Part shown: positions 39,401-49,026 of the stretch, piece after piece
How the letters are laid out: every line of letters starts with the position of its first letter
How positions within the stretch are numbered: the first letter of the stretch is position 1
Source: an uncultured virus (IMG/VR IMGVR_UViG_3300030202_002165)
Lineage: Duplodnaviria > Heunggongvirae > Uroviricota > Caudoviricetes
Virus record (IMG/VR): IMGVR_UViG_3300030202_002165
Reading direction: 5' to 3' (one strand)
DNA: 64,000 bases
Notes under the pieces: model-generated
Told to the model about the DNA's origin: nothing
Database searches by the model: none
Seen by the model: only the letters and a program-made list of their open reading frames with translations
Position numbers and translations under genes: made by a program

Positions 39401-42400
39401 GATTTGATGCTTATAAATATTTTATTTTTTATGATTTTAATTTACTAAGAACGCATTCTACAATTTCTCCAGCTACATATATAGAACTAACTTATGTTGT
39501 GAATAATTGGGTATGGAATGGTCCAGACATTAAACAGTCAAAAAAAATGTTGTCAGAAATAAGTCTTACTTCAGGAGTTCCAGATGTTTCTGACTCTGGA
39601 TTATATAAAATTACTGAACGGTGGGGGTGGGATGACCCTGCAGATCCTAGAAACTGTTATCCGGAAAATATAAAGTCTGCTATATTTGCAGGAGGAAGAT
39701 ACTTTGAAGCTAATAAATTTATGGGTAACAGATACCTCTTACAAAGATTCTTGTCGCAAAAAGCTAAAACATATTTAAATGGAGATAGTATTTTAAAAGC
39801 TAAGCCTTTAGGGTTTCCGGGCCAAATAATAAATACGTACGGAGATTCTACTATAGCCTTTGCGCTTAGAGATAGAACTGAATTGCCAGCCTTATACTCT
39901 TCACAAGATGGAACATTAGGGGCAACTTATTTTAATGGTGGCGCAGTTTCTAATTCTGCTACACAGTGTATATTTGGAACACCAGATCCGGCTGGTTCTG
40001 TAGTATTTCCTTTCTTAGCTAATCCTAACTTGGGAATTAGCACATATACTAATTTTTATTTAGAAGCTAACGAAGAAACTGAAGCAGACGCTACTTCAAG
40101 TATGACTTATATAGCTAATTTATGTGCATTTAAAACAGATGTATATAGATCTATAGATAATCAAGATTTAGTCTGGACAGGTTTTCAAGTAGTAGGAGAA
40201 GATTTATATAATTACTTTTTTGATGATGAATATCAGATAATAGATTATCAAGATCCAACTTCAAATAGCTATGGTACTACTGTGGCTAATCCTAATTTTG
40301 GATTACAATGGAGGCCAGACACATTTTTAACCGATACTACTACTTTTCCGCAAATTACAATTGTTGGGGATGGTATAGCGGGAAATGCAAATTTAACTTT
40401 TAATCCAGATGGAACAGTATCCGGAGCAACTTTAACTAATCCTGGGTCAGGATATACATATGCCTCAGCTTCAGCTGATTATAATGGCGCGCCGATGAAT
40501 TGGTTAACATTTACAGTAACTGTGGGTGGAGGTAATATTACTAATATACAAGTTAATTATACTACAAATACATTTAAAATTGAAACTGGAGAGTGTATGT
40601 CATATTGTACTGGCGGTGATCCTTCAATTTACGACAATCAAAATATATGTGAAAATGGTCAATGTACGCATTTTGGCGCACCAGTTGATGATGACCCTAA
40701 CGGCATTACTGGAATCAGCACTCCTCTTACTGATCAAGCTACATGCGAGTCTCACGGATTTGCTGTAACTTTTCAGGCGGGACTGCCTCCTATTGTAAAT
40801 ACTTACTCCGGGCTGACGAACGCTGAAGCAGCAGCTGCAGACGGAGGATCTGTTACAATGTTTCTTCCATATGTATGGATGCCTCCGGCAGGTTTGTATG
40901 TAAATGACTGCGGAGGAATTTATGGGGGTGATACTATAATTTCTAGACACGGAATATCAACCGGCGCATCTGTTTTAGAAGAATCTAGAGAGTCAAATCC
41001 TACACATGCTATACATCACCATATAGTAGAAAGTGAAGATAATATTAACTTTAGACATATGGAAAATAAAGATAGTACTTATTTCCCTAGTCAAGTAGCT
41101 ATAGATGTTTTGAAAGAAATAGGAGTAACCCTTGACCCTACTAGCGAGAAAAACTTAAAATATGATCATAACTATTCAGCGCTTAATGATGTTAGAACAG
41201 CTTTTCCACTACCTTTAAAAGTTACCGATCAGTCTAACTTTCCTACAAGAACTATTAGAAGTACAGTAAATGATGCTACAGGTATTAAAGATAATTATAG
41301 AGTATGGTTAGCAAATCAGTTTAAAGATTTACCTAAAAATAGAGGAGAGTTATGGAAGCTGTCTACATTTGCTAATTTAATTTATTTCCATATGGAGCAA
41401 AGTTTATTTAAAGCTGCGGGTAAACAAACTATGCAAATGGGAGACGGTTCTGACGCTTTTGTTGGGAGTGGTGATATATTTAAACAAGAGCCTACAGAAG
41501 TTGTACAAACTGAAGGAGGTTATGGAGGTACTCAATCTCAGTTTGCAGCATTAACTACTAGATATGGATATTTCTTTGTAGACAGAAAAGGTAAAAAGGT
41601 TTTTATGATGAAAGACCAGCTCTTAGAAATTAGTGCTTTAGGAATGGAGAACTGGTTTATAGAAAATATGGATTTTGAATTAATAACTAAATACGGAGCT
41701 TCTGAATTAGATAGAGTAGACAACCCTATCGCAGGTTTAGGTTTCCATTCAACATGGGATCCATACAACAAACGTATTATATTAACTAAACGAGAGTTAA
41801 AACCTACACAAGCTTTTAAAGATGGGTGGGCTTTACAGGGGCCTCCACCTGGGTATAGTGTAGGTGAAATTAGATGGCATGGTCCTAGCAACAGTTTCCA
41901 AGTTTACTATACAAGTAAAGGTATGGTTCAAGGCTGGAGAAATATTATGTGGGGAGACGAAACTTATTTTACCAAAGACGGTTGGACAATTTCATATTAT
42001 CCGGATCAAGCTGTATGGTGTAGTTTCCATAGTTATGTGCCGTATCTATATTTTAACACATCGGAAACATTTTTCTCAGTGACAGATAAATATCCGGTGT
42101 GGACAGGTATTGGTGATGCTACTTACCCAGCAATTACAGACTTTATGACGGTTAATGGTACTACGATGGGGAATAAAGGAATATGGGAACATAATTTTGG
42201 GCTTAAAGGACTTTTTTATCAGGATAATCTAGGGGCTGTTCTTACTCAAGATGCGGCATTAGCTATATGGAATACTAATCGAAGTACTTTTGAGCTCGAG
42301 GTAATACAAAATACTTTAAGAGGATTTGACACATTAACGGCTAGTATAGGATTTATGGCAGATGTTTATAATACAGAAACGGTTAGAGTTTTAAATCACG

Positions 42401-42840
42401 GCTTTACTAGTTTTTATGTTTATAATACTTTCCAAATTTCAGGAGATGAAGTATCTTCTCCTTTAGAATATTTAGTAAACGTAAGACGTATTGGCAATAA
42501 ATGGAAAATAAATAAGTTTAGAGATTTTGCTGCAGATGTAGTACAAACTGATAATTATTATGTACCAGATGCAACTTGGTCTGGGGGAGTTACTACTACT
42601 AACGTTACTGGAAATGTAAGTGCGGGCACACAAACATCAGATCAGATTAATTCTATGTTTACTAGGTCTGGCATGTCAGAATTAGTTACACCGGCATATT
42701 TAGATTTTACTAAGAATATGCAACAACAACGTAAATTTATAGATAAATGGATAGGAATTCGTTTAATTTATGATAATATTACAAATAATTTATTAAATTT
42801 GTATTCTACCCATGTAGAAGCAAGAAAAATGTATAGATAA
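36400..42840 (+). CDS. Tail stabilisation (muzzle; P22 gp10-like) protein with large insertions
   Basis: KGLFKD, NESGN, IYWTDDLNPPRALN, LYMGNL, YRRGEVYAFYI, VRHHHMP, GGDTIISR, WTISY..WCSFHSYVP motifs of crAss-like Tstab. Confidence 0.85.
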   Translation: MEEQKFLKGLFKDSGEVDQPSNTWRYALNALMNEQKGSVSNESGNKLSGYIKATLPSIPGQKQWPHWEKIIGAIEIDLNRAILFVCDTRPLIIDPTDVDKNYYPRHSIQLWDGVKSEHQKVTMLFKPVTSFVMGAQNTTGCAPVDLNFKETHPIEGIFRIDSKEDVIIYWTDDLNPPRALNITRQLRHITVTSPISQSKLYGLDPCKSHRKHINLLNLFPAAGTIPQINSRFANASFNLIGQGGGLLTGVYYLAVAYIDEDFVETNYLTVSNPVSIVPEYSYTRPTTKRDGAKSGTQTSKSITWNVQNLNTDYKYIKCAVIRKKDDAVDVFKLTDKVITGDMALGTNMLQITFSGTEGFEPLKMEDVMIDTVGYDTAKSITQMDNVLYMGNLTGSPDLGYQKYANNIKASSHVRKIENFDQQILSVDNLYSGFANTPVDSFGSGSTGVAIDDKNSYRDPEMNTFYRGYRRGEVYAFYIAFVLNNGSMSYAYHIPGREPIQAQPIWPERYSSAFGGSTTRGDYEYWALPIGVGNNPILDHQRELHNGTKIFHFYDVSEHTSGTDANARPNGAPRNMRYWHNLNEVYPHTPNSEVWDKSTYKDPTTGLSINLVNGFYNSCPNCNNGTTYEYPGGMHGMYVRHHHMPSNINPFATMISEDVWGGSQESATIDVTTPGIFAGSFFTAINQNNFWHSSGYSDTKNCQGKYQPLAAPTLINYAAGTLGTEAPPFNASLDKFVSVQDNTQVVVDVYLLVSNDNNGCTRTFSYKLKYKKCGSCSTQTAASGSREVMSNWVSLVNFQDTVFVDAGGSIWMEGKGDQGGTSLNWCAHKGPDCGSHERHIKYNQGPSYGITWTVSQVTGTGQDYDVNLNHDVNVLGVSFDDINIPKSYYDKIQGFRIYYAKRSFSNKRMIGQAPVIPMTNSNGRIGICSEVLNGGTSNTPNPTDIMDQTLNISGGGAEPFIAKEAWALEPSAYSITNTPGQSLQNQHSVQDSGGSFSSVGTGFDAYKYFIFYDFNLLRTHSTISPATYIELTYVVNNWVWNGPDIKQSKKMLSEISLTSGVPDVSDSGLYKITERWGWDDPADPRNCYPENIKSAIFAGGRYFEANKFMGNRYLLQRFLSQKAKTYLNGDSILKAKPLGFPGQIINTYGDSTIAFALRDRTELPALYSSQDGTLGATYFNGGAVSNSATQCIFGTPDPAGSVVFPFLANPNLGISTYTNFYLEANEETEADATSSMTYIANLCAFKTDVYRSIDNQDLVWTGFQVVGEDLYNYFFDDEYQIIDYQDPTSNSYGTTVANPNFGLQWRPDTFLTDTTTFPQITIVGDGIAGNANLTFNPDGTVSGATLTNPGSGYTYASASADYNGAPMNWLTFTVTVGGGNITNIQVNYTTNTFKIETGECMSYCTGGDPSIYDNQNICENGQCTHFGAPVDDDPNGITGISTPLTDQATCESHGFAVTFQAGLPPIVNTYSGLTNAEAAAADGGSVTMFLPYVWMPPAGLYVNDCGGIYGGDTIISRHGISTGASVLEESRESNPTHAIHHHIVESEDNINFRHMENKDSTYFPSQVAIDVLKEIGVTLDPTSEKNLKYDHNYSALNDVRTAFPLPLKVTDQSNFPTRTIRSTVNDATGIKDNYRVWLANQFKDLPKNRGELWKLSTFANLIYFHMEQSLFKAAGKQTMQMGDGSDAFVGSGDIFKQEPTEVVQTEGGYGGTQSQFAALTTRYGYFFVDRKGKKVFMMKDQLLEISALGMENWFIENMDFELITKYGASELDRVDNPIAGLGFHSTWDPYNKRIILTKRELKPTQAFKDGWALQGPPPGYSVGEIRWHGPSNSFQVYYTSKGMVQGWRNIMWGDETYFTKDGWTISYYPDQAVWCSFHSYVPYLYFNTSETFFSVTDKYPVWTGIGDATYPAITDFMTVNGTTMGNKGIWEHNFGLKGLFYQDNLGAVLTQDAALAIWNTNRSTFELEVIQNTLRGFDTLTASIGFMADVYNTETVRVLNHGFTSFYVYNTFQISGDEVSSPLEYLVNVRRIGNKWKINKFRDFAADVVQTDNYYVPDATWSGGVTTTNVTGNVSAGTQTSDQINSMFTRSGMSELVTPAYLDFTKNMQQQRKFIDKWIGIRLIYDNITNNLLNLYSTHVEARKMYR
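42794..42801 (+). promoter_or_regulatory. Possible Bacteroidota -7 element ahead of cargo/RNAP genes
   Basis: AATTTAT-TAAATTTGTA, 40 bp upstream of the 42842 ATG, resembling P1/P2 core; upstream box not clearly present. Confidence 0.35.
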
Positions 42841-42841
42841 A

Positions 42842-44359
42842 ATGAACACAAAAAAACGACTTATAAAGAAAAAACGTATACAGTATAAAGGAGGCGGCCT
42901 ATGGGCTAACATACATGCTAAAAGAAAACGAATTAAAGATGGTTCAGGCGAGCATATGAGGACTCCTGGAAGTAAAGGGGCTCCTACTAATGAAGCTTTA
43001 AAACGAAGCCAAGAAACAGGAGGTTTACGACGTTTGTATAATACTGGAGGACAGTATGATAATAACACTGTAAGTGCAGCAGGGCAGGGTAATCCTAGTA
43101 CTACTATTATTGCAAATGAATCTAACCCAGAATTATTAAGAACAAGAGAAGCGGCTTTTAATCAGTTAAAAACAGATCAGACTAACAACATGGATGTTGT
43201 TAACCAAGAGATAGCAAATGAAGCGGCACAAGGCGAAGCAAACATAGCTAACGCAGCGGCAGCAGGAAATGCTAAGGTAGAAGGTTACGCACAAGGGGTA
43301 AAGACTACAGCTGAGGGAATTAAGAAACTTAACCCAGATGCCTTTAGCAAAATGGGGAATAAACTTAAAGGTACGATGGCTAACATGGCTAGAAATAGAG
43401 AAGTTAGACAAGTGCTTAAAGGGACAGATAAAGCTTTAGATGCAGCTAAGCAGTTGCAAAAAACAAATCCTATAGCAAAAGCAGCTAATGCAGAAATGGT
43501 AAGTAGAACTGGAAAAATGCTAGACATGGGAATAAATCCTTTGAAAGATACTCCTGGATTAAAGGTTCCCACGCTAGGGCAAAGTTTAAGTAAGTCTGCC
43601 CCTGGCATGGATCTTGGACTTAGTAAGGTAAAAGAAACTAGTTCTCTTTTTAAAGATGCTCCAGATGCTTCAAAACTCTTTGGCTCTGGTAAGGATACAC
43701 TTATGGGAACTAAGTCAGCATCTGAACTTCGAAATCTGTCTGGTGTAACTTCAGGAGGAGGTAGTCTTTTATCAAGCGCAGGATCAGAGGTTGCTAAGAA
43801 AGGTTTGAGTAGCGCAATGGGTTGGGGAAGTAAAGGATTAATGTCAACAACTGGTGTAGGAGCTGCAGGAGTAGGAACTGGTTTAGCTAAATTTGCAACA
43901 TCTGGTGCTGGTATTGGAACTATTGCATCTCTTGCAGGTAAAGGTGTAACTGCATTAGCAAATGATAATGATGCTACTACTATGAATACAGGAGAAGGAA
44001 TTGGAGCAGGATTATCAGGAGCAGGAGCAGGTATTGGTGCGGTAGCTACAGCTGGAGCCTTGATGGGATCTACAGTACCTGTAGTAGGAACGCTTATTGG
44101 TGCGGGTGTAGGAGCCCTTTATGGAGTAGGTAAAGCTATGTTTGCTAGAAATAAAGCTCGAAAAGAAAAGACTAAGATGGACACAGAAGTTAGAAACAAA
44201 GCAAAGAAATATAATACAGAGCTTGGAGAAAATTATGCACAACAAAAAGGAAGAATGATGGCTCTTCAAACTAAAATAAAAGAGCAGTCTGGATCTGATA
44301 CTGGAAACGTTACTGTAGCTAGATTTGGAGGACACCGATTAAGAAGAGCAACTGTTTAA
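42842..44359 (+). CDS. Putative ejected cargo protein with Gly/Ala-rich membrane-like segments
   Basis: First gene after muzzle; GAGIGAVATAGALMG..VVGTLIGAGVGALYG glycine-zipper-like region; xxxGG motifs. Confidence 0.65.
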   Translation: MNTKKRLIKKKRIQYKGGGLWANIHAKRKRIKDGSGEHMRTPGSKGAPTNEALKRSQETGGLRRLYNTGGQYDNNTVSAAGQGNPSTTIIANESNPELLRTREAAFNQLKTDQTNNMDVVNQEIANEAAQGEANIANAAAAGNAKVEGYAQGVKTTAEGIKKLNPDAFSKMGNKLKGTMANMARNREVRQVLKGTDKALDAAKQLQKTNPIAKAANAEMVSRTGKMLDMGINPLKDTPGLKVPTLGQSLSKSAPGMDLGLSKVKETSSLFKDAPDASKLFGSGKDTLMGTKSASELRNLSGVTSGGGSLLSSAGSEVAKKGLSSAMGWGSKGLMSTTGVGAAGVGTGLAKFATSGAGIGTIASLAGKGVTALANDNDATTMNTGEGIGAGLSGAGAGIGAVATAGALMGSTVPVVGTLIGAGVGALYGVGKAMFARNKARKEKTKMDTEVRNKAKKYNTELGENYAQQKGRMMALQTKIKEQSGSDTGNVTVARFGGHRLRRATV

Positions 44360-44370
44360 AATAAAAACTT

Positions 44371-46926
44371 ATGGCTAAAAAACAACCAAAAAAGAAGAAG
44401 GATATTAATAAAAAGATTGTAGATGCTACTGTAAATTATGCAACAGATCCAGTTAATCAAGCTCTGATGATGCTTGGTCCTGTAGGTATGGGAGCTGGTA
44501 AGCTTGGAAAAATGGCACTTAAAACTAAGGTAGGTCAAAAAGTTTTAAAGTCTAGTAAAGCTTTTCTATCGGATTTAAAGATTCTTAGAAATAGACAAGC
44601 GGGTTATCAAAGCGCGTTAAAGAATAGAAATGCAGCTCAGATAAAAGACTCTAAATATCTTACAGAAAAGCAAAACTCTTTAAATGCTGTAACTTCGGAA
44701 ATAGATCAGCTTGAAAAATTAACAAAAAATAAAAGTTTTAATTTTAATAAGGTAAATGATTATAGTGTAAAGAAATATAATCATGGGGGAACTCATGCGT
44801 ATACTGGCCCGGCTCTGCCGAAAGGTATGCCAAATATTCCCGCTCCAAGTGGAGCAACTGTTGACGCTACGGATATGAGTATATCTGCAAGAATGAAAAG
44901 AGGAGCAGATAAAATAGCTAACTTTAGCATGGCTCCTGGAGGAAGTTCTCACGGAGCTCCTACTCAAATATTAGCAGAGATGACAGGTGTACCTTCTTTA
45001 TTAAGATTACCACAATCCTATAAAAATGTTAAAGAAGATCCAAGCGGGAAAAATATATTTAAAGCTGCAGCAAATACTTTTGGGGTAATACCTGGCGCAA
45101 CAGCACTTACTAAAGGTGCAGGTCCATTATTAACAAATGCTAATAGAGTATTAAAAAGTGCGCCAGTAGGTATGATAGGTAACCTGTTTAAAGCTAACAA
45201 ACTTAAAGATAAGATGATAGAAGCACGGGATGGAGGAATGAGGTATTATCAAGGAGGAGGAGTAGCATTACCAGGAGGTGAAATGCAACCTATACCAGGA
45301 AGTGATGCAGTAGAATTTGCGGGAGCTTCTCATGAACAAGGAGGTATAGAGTTAGATCCGCAAACTGAAGTAGAGGGAGGAGAAACTATGGATCAAGTTA
45401 CTATGAGAGATGGGGGTAAGAGTGATTACTTTTTTTCTGAACATTTAAAACATGGGGGAATGCCTTTTTCAGCTAGGCATAAGCAAATCTTAGCAATGGG
45501 AGGAAGTCAAGAAGAAATAGATAACCTAGCGCAAGTACAAGAGCAGGCAGCTGGAAGAAACCCACAACAAGTAGCTGGAATGGGAGGTAAGCGTTTATAT
45601 GCTGTTGGAGGAATAAAAGGACTGCCAGAAGATATTGCATCTAATATATCATCTGCTTATTATAGCGACGATCCAGGAGAGATACCTAGTTTAATATCAG
45701 GAAGTCAATATTATTCTACTGATAAAAGAGGCGGAACAGGTAGTTCTAACTCTGACGATATTGAAGAGATTATTGAAAACGTTATTGAGCAAAATACGGA
45801 TGCGAATGTTACAATAGAAAAGACAGATAAAAAAAATACCAAGAAAGAGTCAGTTGTTACCAAAAAAGACGACGTAGAAGAAGTTGTTGACACAGTAGAT
45901 GATATATCTCCAGTAGATAATACAAAAGAGGTTCAAGAAAATACAATAACTGATCCGGGAGTTTACGGTGATGAAGATGGTAACTATTGGAAGTTAGATA
46001 AAGATGGTAACTGGCAAGTTATGTGGAAAGGAGAGCACTCATATGAAGATGGAGCGCCTTTAGATTTAAGAAAATCTGACGGAGCTTTAAGTTTTGTAGA
46101 AGGTCTTGAGGATAAATCATCTGGAGACACAGATTCTTCTGTGCCTTATAAGCGTAGAAGGGGCTCAGTGGATGCTGTAACTGGCGCGGCAATGGCAGGA
46201 CAGTTTTTACCTGCTATGCAAGCTATGTCTGAAACTCCTGATTATATAAATACACATGAGGCAGCTCCAGGTAACGTAGCTGTATCTGCTGATATAGGAA
46301 GAAAAACTCTAGATAGAGTTAATATGAACACTGAAAGAGAAAGAAACGCAGCTGACTATAGAAGTATGAACAGATTTATTGAGAATAGTGGTTTAGGTCC
46401 TGCAGGAATGGCTAATCGAATGGCAGCTTATGCAAGAAAGCAAGCAGGAGATAGAGAGATAGGGGCAAAAGAAGCTCAAATTAATGCAGGAATTTCTAAC
46501 CAAGAAGCTCAGATTAATACTGGTATAGATAAACAAAACGTTGCTAATATGATGGCAAACTCTCAGTTTAACGCAAGACAGCAAAATGCAATTAATATGT
46601 TTAATGCAGGACAAACTTATAAAACAGACGAGTTTAATAGAGGCGCTGATGCAGCAACTAAAGATAGACGACTAATGGGATTACAATCAGCTATGACAAC
46701 AATGGCTGGTATTAATAGAGATAGATTAGCATACGAGGCACAGGATAGAATGGCGCAAGCTATATCAGGAAATACAGGAGTATTATCTAGAGAAGAGTTA
46801 GCTAGAGATTTAGCCCAAGCTTATCCAGATCTGAATCCTGGGTCTGAGGAATTCCAAAAGATGACAGAAGATACATATCTTAAAATGCTAAAGAATAATC
46901 AAAATAAAGAACAATCTAATGGCTAA
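44371..46926 (+). CDS. Putative ejected cargo protein
   Basis: GASHEQGG...EVEGGE...FFSEHL motif and C-terminal N/Q/A-rich coiled coil (NEAQIN...FNA) typical of crAss-like cargo proteins. Confidence 0.65.
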   Translation: MAKKQPKKKKDINKKIVDATVNYATDPVNQALMMLGPVGMGAGKLGKMALKTKVGQKVLKSSKAFLSDLKILRNRQAGYQSALKNRNAAQIKDSKYLTEKQNSLNAVTSEIDQLEKLTKNKSFNFNKVNDYSVKKYNHGGTHAYTGPALPKGMPNIPAPSGATVDATDMSISARMKRGADKIANFSMAPGGSSHGAPTQILAEMTGVPSLLRLPQSYKNVKEDPSGKNIFKAAANTFGVIPGATALTKGAGPLLTNANRVLKSAPVGMIGNLFKANKLKDKMIEARDGGMRYYQGGGVALPGGEMQPIPGSDAVEFAGASHEQGGIELDPQTEVEGGETMDQVTMRDGGKSDYFFSEHLKHGGMPFSARHKQILAMGGSQEEIDNLAQVQEQAAGRNPQQVAGMGGKRLYAVGGIKGLPEDIASNISSAYYSDDPGEIPSLISGSQYYSTDKRGGTGSSNSDDIEEIIENVIEQNTDANVTIEKTDKKNTKKESVVTKKDDVEEVVDTVDDISPVDNTKEVQENTITDPGVYGDEDGNYWKLDKDGNWQVMWKGEHSYEDGAPLDLRKSDGALSFVEGLEDKSSGDTDSSVPYKRRRGSVDAVTGAAMAGQFLPAMQAMSETPDYINTHEAAPGNVAVSADIGRKTLDRVNMNTERERNAADYRSMNRFIENSGLGPAGMANRMAAYARKQAGDREIGAKEAQINAGISNQEAQINTGIDKQNVANMMANSQFNARQQNAINMFNAGQTYKTDEFNRGADAATKDRRLMGLQSAMTTMAGINRDRLAYEAQDRMAQAISGNTGVLSREELARDLAQAYPDLNPGSEEFQKMTEDTYLKMLKNNQNKEQSNG

Positions 46927-49015
46927 TAAATATTCAAGATTTGAACTAAAACCTTATGAATCTCAATATGTAGATCCAGGTTCTGTGCAAGTAGCAGGTG
47001 TATTACGTAAACGATATGACGATAATATGCAAAATTATAATATGCTAAATAGAGCTGCTAACTCTATTAATACTTTAGAGGGGGATAGGCATATTAAACA
47101 AAATGCAATTAATAAAGTTGAATCAGATTTTCAAAGAACTATTGAAGTTGGTAATTTTGAAAATGCAGGAAGAGTAGTAGGTGATGCAACTAATGATTTT
47201 ATAGGCAATAGAGGATTACAATTAGCACAACAATCTTATTCTTCAAGACAGCAAGAATTAAAAGTGATAGATCAATTAAGAGCTAATGGTAAACAAGTAT
47301 TAGATTTTAATGAAATTAGAAATGAAAATGGAGAAGTTATAGGGCATAGAACAGATGCTCATAGCTCTTATCATCAAGATCCTAATACAGGAAAGATGGT
47401 AGAGAATGTATATCGGCCAGGATCTGAGATGCAATTAGACTACACACAACGTATGGAAAGTCTGTTAGCAGGAATAGCTAAGTCTGGAGGAGGTAAAATG
47501 ACAAAGTCTGATATAGCTGGATATGTTAAATATATAACTAGTCAAGGAGTATCTAGAAGTAGAGCGCATAAAGTAGTTGAAGCGGCTTTAGGCGCATATA
47601 TAGACACTGATGAAGGAACTCAAGATTATAGACGATTAACAGAGATAGAAGGCATGTCTGATGGAGATGCTAAGCTAGATATGATTAACAGAATGCAAGG
47701 CGTAGTAGAAAAACAAATTGCTAGTATTACTTCTCCACATTATATGAAAGCTCCTGAAGGAGGAAGCGGGTTTGGATATAACGGGCAAGGCTACGATTAT
47801 GCAGGAGGTCAAATAGTTAGAGACGAAGGATTAGAAGACTATACATCATTAAAAACTAATTTAAGAGATTTAACAGAAAAATTAGATACTCATCCTAAAG
47901 GTAGTGATAAGTATAATAGCGTTTTAGATGAAATTAGAGCAACAAAAGAAAAAATGACTTTAACTACAGATGCAGTTTCTCACAGTCATCCAGAAATAAA
48001 AGCAAGTTTAGAAACTGGAAACAAAGCTTTAGGGAAATATCAAGATTTACAAAGTATGTTCTTTAATATGACTACTAAAACAGGGTGGAAACCTACTGCT
48101 TTTTGGAGTACGGTTGGAGATTTCTTTACAGGAAATATCGGTACGTTCCAGGAGCGCGGGGTTTCAAATATATGGGCTTCTGATAATGTAGAAAAAGGAA
48201 ATCTTAAGTTTCTGTTTGATAGAGATGGAGTTATTGAACATATTAATAAAACGCACGGAACGAACTATACAGAAGCAGATTTACCAGGTATTAAAAAAGC
48301 AGCTGAAAATTATTTAGAATGGATGCAAAAAGAGGGTGATGATACTTATGACAAAATAGATGATTTAACTACTATTAAACAGTCGGATAGAATAGTATAT
48401 GCTTTGGATAATACTAAGCAGCAAAATGCTGCCAATACTCATTTAAAACAATTTCAATTTTCAGACTTTAATTTCCAATTTTCAAGTGACGACGAAAGAA
48501 TTGCAGCAAAAGAGGCTTGGGACGCAGACGCAAAACAAAAAGGTGCAGAAGGAAGAAAAGACCAGATACAATTTGCAGGTATGACTATTCCGTCTTTAAA
48601 TGAAACTGGAAAATTACTTTTCTATCTTAATGGTAAGTTGCACATAGCTACGCCTAAAAGTGGAGATTTAGCTCAAACTATTACTTCAGGATTATATGAC
48701 AGTTTAGGAGCTACCCATATGAGTCAAACTCATGAACTAGCTCAAGCTTATGAAAGAGGAGAGCTAGATAATGGAGGATTAATTGATCAACAATTACAGC
48801 ATATTTATCACCAACACACTCAAATGAATACAAGTGAAAAAGATTTTAATGCTGTTTTACAAATGCATGAGAACAGAGTAGCTAATTGGGTGCAGACAGG
48901 GCTAGGCATTACGCAGGAAGATTGGAATAATATGTCTCGAGAAGAGCAAGCTGTTCATTTCAATACATTTAGAAAACAAAAGTATAATCCAAATGTTTCT
49001 AAGACCTTACTATAA
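46919..49015 (+). CDS. Putative ejected virion protein preceding RNAP
   Basis: N-terminal YESQYVDP motif and helical content; syntenic with crAss-like pre-RNAP genes. Confidence 0.55.
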   Translation: MANKYSRFELKPYESQYVDPGSVQVAGVLRKRYDDNMQNYNMLNRAANSINTLEGDRHIKQNAINKVESDFQRTIEVGNFENAGRVVGDATNDFIGNRGLQLAQQSYSSRQQELKVIDQLRANGKQVLDFNEIRNENGEVIGHRTDAHSSYHQDPNTGKMVENVYRPGSEMQLDYTQRMESLLAGIAKSGGGKMTKSDIAGYVKYITSQGVSRSRAHKVVEAALGAYIDTDEGTQDYRRLTEIEGMSDGDAKLDMINRMQGVVEKQIASITSPHYMKAPEGGSGFGYNGQGYDYAGGQIVRDEGLEDYTSLKTNLRDLTEKLDTHPKGSDKYNSVLDEIRATKEKMTLTTDAVSHSHPEIKASLETGNKALGKYQDLQSMFFNMTTKTGWKPTAFWSTVGDFFTGNIGTFQERGVSNIWASDNVEKGNLKFLFDRDGVIEHINKTHGTNYTEADLPGIKKAAENYLEWMQKEGDDTYDKIDDLTTIKQSDRIVYALDNTKQQNAANTHLKQFQFSDFNFQFSSDDERIAAKEAWDADAKQKGAEGRKDQIQFAGMTIPSLNETGKLLFYLNGKLHIATPKSGDLAQTITSGLYDSLGATHMSQTHELAQAYERGELDNGGLIDQQLQHIYHQHTQMNTSEKDFNAVLQMHENRVANWVQTGLGITQEDWNNMSREEQAVHFNTFRKQKYNPNVSKTLL

Positions 49016-49026
49016 AACCAATATAT

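Noticed and set aside
41470..41545. GGTGATATATTTAAA, similar to the promoter box
   Set aside because: No TAnnTTTG at 64-65 bp (nearest is TCAGTTTG at 68 bp) and it lies deep inside the muzzle gene
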